Part shown: one piece after another, positions 8,266-16,000 of the stretch | Layout of the letters: the number at the start of each line of letters is the position of its first letter | Numbering within the stretch: position 1 is the first letter of the stretch | Assembly (NCBI GenBank): GCA_027451565.1 | Contig: DAIDJC010000003.1 | Location: 1-38,410, forward strand | Direction: 5' to 3' | Length of the DNA: 38,410 bases | DNA from: Limisphaerales bacterium | Lineage (GTDB): Bacteria > Verrucomicrobiota > Verrucomicrobiia > Limisphaerales > UBA11358 | The notes under the pieces: generated by a model | What the model was told of the DNA's origin: nothing | The model's input: only the letters and a program-made list of their open reading frames with translations | Databases searched by the model: none | Position numbers and translations under genes: made by a program

Positions 8266-9777
8266 TTAATAGATGCGCAAATTATCCACCATCACGCACC
8301 GGCGCACCCGGGTGAAGGTGCGGGGATTGGTAATGCCTTCCCCTGTGGGGGTGGCGATGGAGTAACTGAGGTAGCCTTCACCTCCCAGTCCCAGTCCGGC
8401 CATGCAAGGCCCGTTTTTCACAAAAATGGTGGTGTCCAGGGCGCGGGCCATGGCCGTCATGTTTTCCACGTCATGAGAGTGGATGATGCTGGTGTGCTTG
8501 TATCCGTGCTCTGCTTCGAGCGAGCGTGATATTCCCTCCTCCACGCTTTTGACCCGCACGATGGGCAGGAAAGGCATCATTTGTTCCTCCACCACAAACG
8601 GGTGTTGGGCATCCGTTTCTGCAAACAACAACTGGGTTTGAGGAGGCAGGCTGACGCCGGCGGCATCGGCCAGCACCTTGGGGTCCTTGCCGATGAAATC
8701 GCGATTGACGCTGGCATGGGCGCAGCCTCCCCCCTGCCCTTCCTTGAAGGAAAAAGCGGCCTTGGTCAACTGCGCGAGTTGCTGGCTGTTCAATTTGACG
8801 GCACCGAAACCGGCCATTTTTTCCATCAGCTTGTCGGCGGTGTTTTCGAGGACAAACACCTCTTTCTCGCCGATGCAGAGGAGATTGTTGTCGAAGGCGG
8901 CACCTTCCACTATGGCCCGTGCCGCGCGGGTGGTGCAGCAGGTGTCATCCACGAAAACCGGGGGATTGCCAGGTCCAGCGCAAATGGCACGCTTTCCGGT
9001 CTGCATGGCGGCTTTTACCACGGCGGGACCGCCGGTGACCAGCAAGAGCCTGACCTGTTCGCTCCTGCACAACGCATTGAACGAATCAAGCGTGGGTTTT
9101 TCAATGGTGCAGGCAATGTTCTCGATGCCTGTTTCCCGATAAATGGCTTCGTTATAGGCGCGCACGGCCATGGCGGCGCATCGGGAGGCTCCCGGGTGTG
9201 GATTGAAAACCACGGCGTTGCCGGCAGCCACGATGTTCACAATGTTGCCGCTCAGCGTGGGGATGGAATGAGTGCTGGGAGTGACTGCCCCCACCACGCC
9301 AAAGGGCGTGTACTCCTCCAAAGTGATTCCATGGTCCCCGCTCCTTCCGTCTGGACGAAGCCAGTCAACCCCTGGAACGAGCTTGATGATTTGCAACTTG
9401 GCCACCTTGTGATCCAGCCGTCCGATCTTGGTTTCCTCAAATTCAATCTTACCCCACGGCTCCGCGTTGCGCTCTGCCATGGTCTTGACGATTTCCTCGA
9501 TTTTACGGCGCGCCGCCATGCCTTTTTTCTGGAGCTGGAGATAGGCTTCCTGGGCGGCAACGCAGGCCTCGGCTGCGTCCTGGAAAACTCCGAACCTGCC
9601 CCGCAACGGAACAGTCTCCCCCGACACAGTCCGGCTCTGGCATGAGCAAGCGGGCTTATCCGCACTGACGGAAGGCGCTTGGGATGGCTTGGGCGCGGCC
9701 ACGGTGCCGGCTCCATCCAGTTTGCCCAGAACATCGGCCACGACTTCGCGAATCAGACTTTCATTCAACACGCTCAT
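8266..9777 (-). CDS. CoA-acylating aldehyde dehydrogenase (PduP/EutE-like) with N-terminal encapsulation-peptide-like helix
   Basis: 503 aa. The ALDH fold includes the catalytic Cys region NNLLCIGEKE and the segment EHGYKHTSIIHS typical of EutE/PduP. The N-terminal MSVLNESLIREVVADVLGKL is followed by an Ala/Pro/Ser linker. Confidence 0.85.
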   Translation of the reverse strand: MSVLNESLIREVVADVLGKLDGAGTVAAPKPSQAPSVSADKPACSCQSRTVSGETVPLRGRFGVFQDAAEACVAAQEAYLQLQKKGMAARRKIEEIVKTMAERNAEPWGKIEFEETKIGRLDHKVAKLQIIKLVPGVDWLRPDGRSGDHGITLEEYTPFGVVGAVTPSTHSIPTLSGNIVNIVAAGNAVVFNPHPGASRCAAMAVRAYNEAIYRETGIENIACTIEKPTLDSFNALCRSEQVRLLLVTGGPAVVKAAMQTGKRAICAGPGNPPVFVDDTCCTTRAARAIVEGAAFDNNLLCIGEKEVFVLENTADKLMEKMAGFGAVKLNSQQLAQLTKAAFSFKEGQGGGCAHASVNRDFIGKDPKVLADAAGVSLPPQTQLLFAETDAQHPFVVEEQMMPFLPIVRVKSVEEGISRSLEAEHGYKHTSIIHSHDVENMTAMARALDTTIFVKNGPCMAGLGLGGEGYLSYSIATPTGEGITNPRTFTRVRRCVMVDNLRIY

Positions 9778-9817
9778 AAATTGGACTTTTCAGGCAATGA
9801 CATTGGCGGCGAGGCAC

Positions 9818-10129
9818 TCAGGCGCGGGAAGTGAAAATGGTTTTGCCCAGCACATCCACGCCGTCCACGATTCCTATGACCACGGCATCCACCGGGGCTT
9901 CCTTCATGCCAGGCGCCAGCCGCGCGCTGCTGCCCTGGCAAAACAACACCATTTCCCCCTCGCCGCATCCGAGGCTGTCCACGGCCACAATGGTGTTGGT
10001 TCCCGGCCGGAACCGCGTGGGGTCTTTTTCATCCACCAATTGCGGGCGCAAGATCAATAGTTTGCGGCCCGACATGTTCGGGTCTTTTTTGGTGGCCACC
10101 ACCTGGCCTTCAACGCGGGCGAGAAACAT
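9818..10129 (-). CDS. BMC-P (EutN/CcmL-family pentamer vertex protein)
   Basis: MFLARVEGQVVATKKDPNMSGRKLLILRP...IVAVDSLGCGEGEMV...VDAVVIGIVD. The track start at 10135 is TTG, so I used the ATG at 10129. Confidence 0.85.
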   Translation of the reverse strand: MFLARVEGQVVATKKDPNMSGRKLLILRPQLVDEKDPTRFRPGTNTIVAVDSLGCGEGEMVLFCQGSSARLAPGMKEAPVDAVVIGIVDGVDVLGKTIFTSRA

Positions 10130-10212
10130 AAGCAATCCAAGCTTGCCGGAAAGACAGGGAGGGCGGGGCGACCCCGAGACACCTCACCGGACCACCGGCT
10201 GCGGCCCGGGGA

Positions 10213-10494
10213 TTATTTTTTCTTGGGCAAAACCGCCTCCACGTCTGAATGGGGGCGCGCAATGACATGGACACTGACCAGGTCGCCTTTTATGGCCTTG
10301 ATGGCTTGCGCTCCGGCGTCCGTGGCGGCTTTTACCGCCGCCACGTCACCCACCACGCAGGCGGTGACCAGGGCGTTGCCCACCTGGGTCATGGGGCCAA
10401 CGAGCTCCACGTTGGCGGCTTTCAGCATGGCGTCCGTTCCCTCCACGAGGGCAACCAGTCCGCGGGTTTCAATCATTCCAATGGCTTGTGGCAT
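10213..10494 (-). CDS. BMC-H shell hexamer protein (PduA/EutM-like)
   Basis: 93 aa. AIGMIETRGLVALVEGTDAMLKAANVELVG...[13 protein letters not shown]...VHVIARPH is the canonical single BMC domain. Confidence 0.9.
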   Translation of the reverse strand: MPQAIGMIETRGLVALVEGTDAMLKAANVELVGPMTQVGNALVTACVVGDVAAVKAATDAGAQAIKAIKGDLVSVHVIARPHSDVEAVLPKKK

Positions 10495-10514
10495 AGATTC
10501 AGTTATTTTTGTTT

Positions 10515-11783
10515 TTAACGATTTGTGTGCAAAATGTTTGGCGCTGCGCTGGAACGGCTCTCATGGGTTTGCGCGTCCGCAGCGCGGTCTTTGCCATGCG
10601 GGTGGGCCTCTAAAAACCGCCGGGCTTCCCGGGCCACAACCAATTCCTCATTGGTGGGTATGACAAAAATTTTGACGGCTGATCCTTCCGCGCTGATTTC
10701 CGATTCAGTGGCACGGGCGGCGCCATTCCGGGAGGCATCCAATTGGATGCCCAGGTTTGTGAGGTTGGCACAAATGGCCTGGCGGAGCTCGGCCCGGTTT
10801 TCTCCGGTGCCTGCGGTGAATACAATGGCATCCGCCCCATTCAGTTCAAGAAAGAATGAACCGATCCAGTGCCGCGTATTGGCCACCATCACATCCAATG
10901 CCAGTTGGGCACGCGCATTACCCTTTTGAGCCGCATCACTCACATCACGGATGTCATTGGATACACCGCTCAGGCCCAAAAGACCCGACTGGCTGGACAA
11001 CTGCTTACGAGCATCATTCAAAGACAAGCCCAGGGCATCCATGACATGCGGCAGGGCCTCCACGTCCAGGTCGCCCACGCGGTTATTCTGCGGCAAACCG
11101 GATTGCGGGCTCATGCCCATGCTGGTTCCCATCGAGGCGCCATTTAGAATGCCGGTCACACTGGAACTGCCCCCCAAATGACAGGAAATCACACGCAGGG
11201 GAGCCCCGGCCACGGGCTTGCCCGGTCCATCCACATAAAGTCTCCGTGCCCGCTCTGCCACATCCGGCCTGCCCAATAATTCAGCGGAGCGTTCGGCAAT
11301 GAATTTATGGCTGGCGCCATGAAATCCCCAGCGCCGCACCCCGGCTTGCACCCATGTTTCAGGAACCGCATAGCGCATGGCTGCTTCCGGGGCAAATTGG
11401 TGAAAGGCGGTTTCAAACAACCCGATCAGGGGCACGGAGGGCATGCGCCTGGCAAACAGGCGTATGCCGGTGATATAGGGCGGATTGTGGGCCGGCGCCA
11501 GACCGTTGTAATCGGCCATGGCCTGCAATACATTTTCATCCAGACGCACGCAGCCGGTCACATTTCGAGCCACGACCGTCTTGAACCCCACGGCTGCCAG
11601 CTCGGCCTCGTCCAACAACGCCCCGGAGCTCCGCAATGCAGCCAGGCAATCCTCAATCGCCTTTGGATAATCCGTCACCCGCTCGAATCCTCCCTTGTGG
11701 ACCAGCCTTTCTACAGCCCCGGCAAAGTCATAGAGCCGCCATTTCAATGACGTTGTCCCGATGTTGGCTACGAGGATTTTCAT
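10515..11783 (-). CDS. ackA: acetate/propionate kinase
   Basis: 422 aa. MKILVANIGTTSLKWRLYDF, APAHNPPY, RWGFHGASH, ISCHLGGSSS and VFTAGTGEN are acetate kinase motifs. About 30 extra C-terminal residues are present. Confidence 0.9.
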   Translation of the reverse strand: MKILVANIGTTSLKWRLYDFAGAVERLVHKGGFERVTDYPKAIEDCLAALRSSGALLDEAELAAVGFKTVVARNVTGCVRLDENVLQAMADYNGLAPAHNPPYITGIRLFARRMPSVPLIGLFETAFHQFAPEAAMRYAVPETWVQAGVRRWGFHGASHKFIAERSAELLGRPDVAERARRLYVDGPGKPVAGAPLRVISCHLGGSSSVTGILNGASMGTSMGMSPQSGLPQNNRVGDLDVEALPHVMDALGLSLNDARKQLSSQSGLLGLSGVSNDIRDVSDAAQKGNARAQLALDVMVANTRHWIGSFFLELNGADAIVFTAGTGENRAELRQAICANLTNLGIQLDASRNGAARATESEISAEGSAVKIFVIPTNEELVVAREARRFLEAHPHGKDRAADAQTHESRSSAAPNILHTNR

Positions 11784-11867
11784 TTGGACCCGATTTCTTT
11801 TTCCAAAAGCCCGCAGACTGAGTCAGACGGGGCCAATGGAAAAGGGGATGGATGGAATATCAATATT

Positions 11868-12146
11868 TTATTCCAGCCACTTGCCCAACCCGCTCAATCC
11901 GTCATGCGGGCGTGGTATCACCTGCACGCTCACCACGGAACCCACCTGGGCCGCGGCGGCGGCACCGGAATCCGTGGCCGCCTTGACAGCCGCGACGTCA
12001 CCCCGGAAAAAAACCGTCACATAACCGCTGCCCACCTTCTCCCAGCCGGTGATGTGGACATTGGCCGATTTCAACGCTGCATCCGCCGCTTCCACGGCTG
12101 CGCAGAACCCCTTGCATTCAATCATTCCTACCGCTTGCTTTGACAT
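11868..12146 (-). CDS. BMC-H shell hexamer protein
   Basis: 92 aa. [57 protein letters not shown]...VQVIPRPH. Confidence 0.9.
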   Translation of the reverse strand: MSKQAVGMIECKGFCAAVEAADAALKSANVHITGWEKVGSGYVTVFFRGDVAAVKAATDSGAAAAAQVGSVVSVQVIPRPHDGLSGLGKWLE

Positions 12147-12191
12147 AGAATAGAATTATATATGGTTTTTGGTTCAGTGATGGAGCGGCGC

Positions 12192-12479
12192 TTACTTCTT
12201 GACAGGCGCGGCGCCCAGAAAAGCCGCCAGCAATTCCTCGTGTGGCCGGGCGATGATGTGGGAACTGACCAATTCTCCCACCTTGGCCGCCGCCTTGGCG
12301 CCGGCATCCACGGCAGCCTTGATGCTGCCCACGTCGCCCTGGGCCAGAACCGTGATCAGCCCGCCGCCAATGGCCACGGTCTTGACCAGGGTCACGTTTG
12401 CAGCCTTGACCATGGCGTCACTGGCTTCCACGCTCCCCACATAACCTTTCGTTTCGATCATTCCCAATGCTTCACTCAT
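12192..12479 (-). CDS. BMC-H shell hexamer protein
   Basis: 95 aa. ALGMIETKGYVGSVEASDAMVKAANVTLVKTVAIGGGLITVLAQGDVGSIKAAVDAG...SHIIARPH. Confidence 0.9.
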   Translation of the reverse strand: MSEALGMIETKGYVGSVEASDAMVKAANVTLVKTVAIGGGLITVLAQGDVGSIKAAVDAGAKAAAKVGELVSSHIIARPHEELLAAFLGAAPVKK

Positions 12480-12529
12480 AATTTTTCAGGTATCGTTGTT
12501 GGTTTACCGCAATTTCAAATTCCAGGCCC

Positions 12530-13207
12530 TCACTTCAGGAGCTCCACAGGCGTGTCCGGCTGAAGGTTGCACGCATTGCCCTCGTCCGTGTCTATATGCA
12601 CTTCCAGCTTGAAACTCTTGTCCACGCGACAAAGCATTTTTTCCAGGGTCAACCCGCAGTCGCCCCCGATCTTCAATCGCATGGAGTCCCCGTGCCGGAC
12701 ACCATAAAATTCCGCGTCAGCCGGGCTCAAATGGGCATGACGCAGCGCGCGGATCACTCCATCCGGCATCTCAAAAAAACCCGCCGGGCCCATCAACATA
12801 GCCCCCGGCGTGCCTTTGATGTCTCCAGAAGCCCGCAGGGGAATATCAAAACCCAATGCAATCGCATCTGTGTAGGAAAGCTCCACCTGGTTCAAAGTCC
12901 GGCAGGGCCCCAGTATCCTCAAATTGGAAATCACACGGCTTCTGGGTCCGATCAGCGTCACCGTTTCTTTGGCAGCAAACTGGCCTTCCTGATAAAGCCA
13001 TTTGTGAACCCCCAGTTGATAGCCCTTGCCAAACAACGCTTCCACGGCCTCCTGGGTCAAATGACAATGACGCGCACTGACATTCACAACCAGGGGATTT
13101 GCCCCGCTGGCATGGCGCGGCAACGGCTTGCCCATCCGGGCATAAACCGCCTGCCGGACCAAATGTTCCACCACGGCGCGATGAGGTGCAGGTGCTGCTA
13201 CAGCCAT
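12530..13207 (-). CDS. pduL: PduL-type phosphate acyltransferase (phosphotransacylase) with N-terminal encapsulation-peptide-like helix
   Basis: It has the duplicated PduL motifs VSARHCHLTQ and ALRHAHLSP and ends ...EVHIDTDEGNA. The track ORF runs to 13270 but would cross into the divergent deoR upstream region. I used the ATG at 13207 (MAVAAPAPHRAVVEHLVRQAVYARM...). Confidence 0.85.
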   Translation of the reverse strand: MAVAAPAPHRAVVEHLVRQAVYARMGKPLPRHASGANPLVVNVSARHCHLTQEAVEALFGKGYQLGVHKWLYQEGQFAAKETVTLIGPRSRVISNLRILGPCRTLNQVELSYTDAIALGFDIPLRASGDIKGTPGAMLMGPAGFFEMPDGVIRALRHAHLSPADAEFYGVRHGDSMRLKIGGDCGLTLEKMLCRVDKSFKLEVHIDTDEGNACNLQPDTPVELLK

Positions 13208-13292
13208 ATGAATGACACAATTTGACATAAATGCGATCAATGTCAACAAATATCTTGCAAAATATTCCAAAATATTTCATATTCTAAGCCAG
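13208..13292. promoter_or_regulatory. AT-rich divergent control region between the BMC operon and deoR, with inverted and direct repeats
   Basis: 85-bp AT-rich spacer in a GC-rich context. It contains TTGACA (13222-13227)-N13-TGTCAA (13241-13246). It also has three tandem ~10-bp repeats, CAAATATCTTG/CAAAATATTC/CAAAATATTTC (13247-13278). I could not assign individual promoters with confidence. Confidence 0.5.
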
Positions 13293-14057
13293 ATGACCTC
13301 AGACGAGCGCAAATACCGGATAGAATCCTATCTGCAAAAGGTTGAATTTGCGTCACTTGAGGAATTGGCCACGCATGTGGAGTCTTCCATCTCCACGGTT
13401 CGGAGAGATTTGACAAGCTTGGAATCCACCGGGTCAGTGCGTCGAACGCATGGCGGGGCCCGGATATTGGCGCCGCGAACCGATGAATTTGCTTTTTCGG
13501 CCCGGGACACCCATCAGTTGGCCGAGAAGGAATCCATAGGTCGCGCATGCGCGGAACTAATTGGAAATCAACACAGTGTTATTTTAGATGCTGGCACCAC
13601 CGTTTATCATGTGGCACGCCATTTGGGCGACAAAGCGCCCCAGATTTTGACCAATTCATTGCCGGTGGCCAATTTTTTTGGCTCTGCCAATCAAGTGGAG
13701 GTGATCGTGGCAGGGGGAGTGATTTACCCGAGGCTGGGTGTATTGGTGGGACCAGCCACAGTGGAAGCTTTTTCGAGAATGCGGGCGGATGTGGCCATCA
13801 TGAGCGCTGGGGGGATAACCTTGGAAGGAATCACCAACTCGCACGCGCTGTTAATAGACATCCAGCGTGCCATGCTCAAGGCGGCCCAGCGAATCATCTT
13901 CTGCCTGGACCACACCAAATTTGGGCGTCTCTCCGTGTCTCCCCTCTGCGGATTGGACATGGTGGACACGATTGTGAGCGACCATCAAGCGCCCGAGGAA
14001 TGGGTGCAACGCCTGCGCGAGGCAGGAGTGGAAGTGGTGCTGGCACCATCTGAATAA
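13293..14057 (+). CDS. DeoR/GlpR-family transcriptional regulator (likely regulator of the BMC operon)
   Basis: HTH region LEELATHVESSISTVRRDLTSLESTGSVRRTHGGA plus a C-terminal sugar-phosphate sensor domain (ILDAGTT...TNS...DMVDTIVSD). The track start at 13212 adds 27 AT-rich-encoded residues, so I used the ATG at 13293 (MTSDERKYRI...). Confidence 0.85.
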   Translation: MTSDERKYRIESYLQKVEFASLEELATHVESSISTVRRDLTSLESTGSVRRTHGGARILAPRTDEFAFSARDTHQLAEKESIGRACAELIGNQHSVILDAGTTVYHVARHLGDKAPQILTNSLPVANFFGSANQVEVIVAGGVIYPRLGVLVGPATVEAFSRMRADVAIMSAGGITLEGITNSHALLIDIQRAMLKAAQRIIFCLDHTKFGRLSVSPLCGLDMVDTIVSDHQAPEEWVQRLREAGVEVVLAPSE

Positions 14058-14302
14058 AGAATTCTGCGGTGCGCTCAGCCGGGTTTGTTTACAAGCCATA
14101 TGCATTTGTGGTTGATGACCATAAAATAGTTCCGGTTAGAACCCGACCCCCAATTGCTTTTGGATCGCGACGATCCAGTCAAAATCCGGCGACCCCAGGA
14201 GGGGTATTTCCTATGCTTCTTGGCATATTGTGCCCAGCATTTTTAAAGAACAGGTTTTTATATTGGGCAACCCGCTCGATCCCATTCAAATTTCCGGCTC
14301 CA

Positions 14303-15880
14303 TCAATTATCAGCAGCTCCCAGATGGCGAGCCTGGCGGCGGGGCAGGCGGCTGCGGGGCGGGATCGCGGCCGGGAAATTTTTAAGGTCCAAATACGGAC
14401 GGAGTGATTCCGGTGGGTCGCGGCGCCCGGCTTTTTGCCAGTCTTTCCAGATGGCGGCTGCCACCTGGGTGTGGCCCAAGCCCGATTCCACGGCTAGAAA
14501 ATGATGAAGCGCCTCGGCGAGCCGGCCCAGGGCTATGGTGTCGGTGCGGCCCAGGCGGTTGTAGAGCCAATCGCTCAATTCGAGGAATCGTTGGAATGGG
14601 GAAGCGGGGCTGGCGCCAGGAGACCCGGGCGGTGGGGTTGTCCAGAGCAGCGGCAGGGACTGCACAAAATTGCCGCTGTTGCCCAGCAAATCCCAAAACC
14701 GGGCAAACCGGCGCAGCCGCTGCAGGGTGGCAAAATCGAGCAGTTTGTTTTGAAGAATTTCGTAGGGCGGCTGCGGGGAATAAATCATCTGCCATTCCGC
14801 ATCATGACGTGTAATGGGTGTGCCGCGCAGGCGTTTGAGAATGCCCACCTGGATTTCCTGCGGGCCAAGCGCCACAAGGCGGTCAAATCCCGCACCAAAG
14901 CTTTCCAGGGATTCGCCGGGCAGACCGACAATAAGGTCTGCATGAATGTGGACGCCGGTTTCCTGCCTCAGGAAACGAAAATGATCAGTGAGGCGTTCCT
15001 CATTTTGGCGGCGGCTGATGAGTCTGCCCACTTCAGGGTTGAAGGTTTGGATTCCGACCTCAAACTGCAGGGCGCCCGGCGGAAACCTGGCGATGACGGC
15101 GCGCAACTCCATGGGCAGCCGGTCGGGGATCATTTCGAAGTGGAAAAAGAATCCCGGCTGGTATCGTTCCAGGAAGAATTCCAGGATGGCGCGGCTCGTG
15201 GCAATATTGAGGTTGAAGGTGCGGTCCACGAACTTGAAACTCGTCAAACCGCGTTTGATCAACTGGTCCATTTCATTCAGAAACGCGGGCAGGGCAAACT
15301 GGCGGACGGGGATATCCAGTGAAGAGAGGCAAAACTCGCAGGTGAAGGGGCATCCCCTGGAGACTTCCACATAAACGATGCGATGGGCCAGGTCCGCAGA
15401 GGTATAGAGGGAATAAGGCAGAGTCAGGGCGCTGACATCCGGGATGGGGGCATGGATGATTTTGGGAAGAGGCGTCGCCGGCGTTTTGGTTTGGTCGAGA
15501 AGGCTGAGGCAAACCTCGGCGAATTTGATGTCGGCCTCGCCGGTGATCACGTGGTCGGCAAGGGCAACAATGGCCTGGGATTCGGTTTCAAAGCTGACCT
15601 CGGGTCCGCCCAGGATGACGATGAGGTCCGGGCGGATTTTTTTGAGGATGGCGAGGACCTCGGTGGTTTGGGAGACATTCCAGATATAGACACCCAGGCC
15701 CAGAATGCGAGGTGAGCTGGCGAGGATGGCCCCGGCGATATCCAGCGGGCGCTGGTTGATATCAAACTCTGAAATTTGGGCGCGAGGCTGGAGCGGGCCG
15801 AGGTTGGCATGGAGATAGCGCAGGCCAAAGGCGGCGTGGAGGTACTTGGCATTCAACGTGGCCAGGACGATATCTGCCAT
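14303..15880 (-). CDS. B12-binding-domain radical SAM protein (DUF4080-type), function unknown
   Basis: [27 protein letters not shown] is the characteristic N-terminus. The CxxxCxxC cluster is in [16 protein letters not shown]. The track ORF (to 16387) extends 507 nt upstream through the clpB 5' end on the other strand, and I treat that part as spurious. Confidence 0.75.
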   Translation of the reverse strand: MADIVLATLNAKYLHAAFGLRYLHANLGPLQPRAQISEFDINQRPLDIAGAILASSPRILGLGVYIWNVSQTTEVLAILKKIRPDLIVILGGPEVSFETESQAIVALADHVITGEADIKFAEVCLSLLDQTKTPATPLPKIIHAPIPDVSALTLPYSLYTSADLAHRIVYVEVSRGCPFTCEFCLSSLDIPVRQFALPAFLNEMDQLIKRGLTSFKFVDRTFNLNIATSRAILEFFLERYQPGFFFHFEMIPDRLPMELRAVIARFPPGALQFEVGIQTFNPEVGRLISRRQNEERLTDHFRFLRQETGVHIHADLIVGLPGESLESFGAGFDRLVALGPQEIQVGILKRLRGTPITRHDAEWQMIYSPQPPYEILQNKLLDFATLQRLRRFARFWDLLGNSGNFVQSLPLLWTTPPPGSPGASPASPFQRFLELSDWLYNRLGRTDTIALGRLAEALHHFLAVESGLGHTQVAAAIWKDWQKAGRRDPPESLRPYLDLKNFPAAIPPRSRLPRRQARHLGAADN

Positions 15881-16000
15881 GGGAACGAGTCTGGCAGAGA
15901 GGCGGAGGAAACCCAACCTGGAAATGTGACCGCCCGGAGCGGCTGGGGCTGGGGGAGAAACAGACTTGACGAAGAGTCGTTCTGGATGAATTGATGGAGT

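Noticed and set aside
8581-9645. Long antisense ORFs in the track. Examples: 8581..9645(+) opposite the aldehyde dehydrogenase; 1305..2165(-); 3088..3741(-); 5503..6222(+); 16240..17037(-) and 17579..18487(-) opposite clpB; 32492..33592(-) and 33757..34473(-) opposite scpA/scpB.
   Set aside because: Each lies opposite a gene with unmistakable family motifs. Their translations are Arg/Gly/Pro/His-rich low-complexity strings, typical of stop-poor antisense frames in GC-rich DNA.
13208-13292. Track start codons that make pduL (to 13270) and deoR (from 13212) overlap each other head-to-head.
   Set aside because: The extra residues are encoded by the AT-rich spacer and are not family-like. Internal ATGs at 13207 and 13293 give canonical N-termini and leave a sensible divergent promoter region.
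14058-14302. Hairpin TGGATCG-CGA-CGATCCA in the convergent deoR/radical-SAM spacer, considered as a bidirectional terminator. ORF 14069..14407(+) was also considered.
   Set aside because: The hairpin has no U-tract on either strand. The ORF overlaps the radical SAM gene and looks non-coding.
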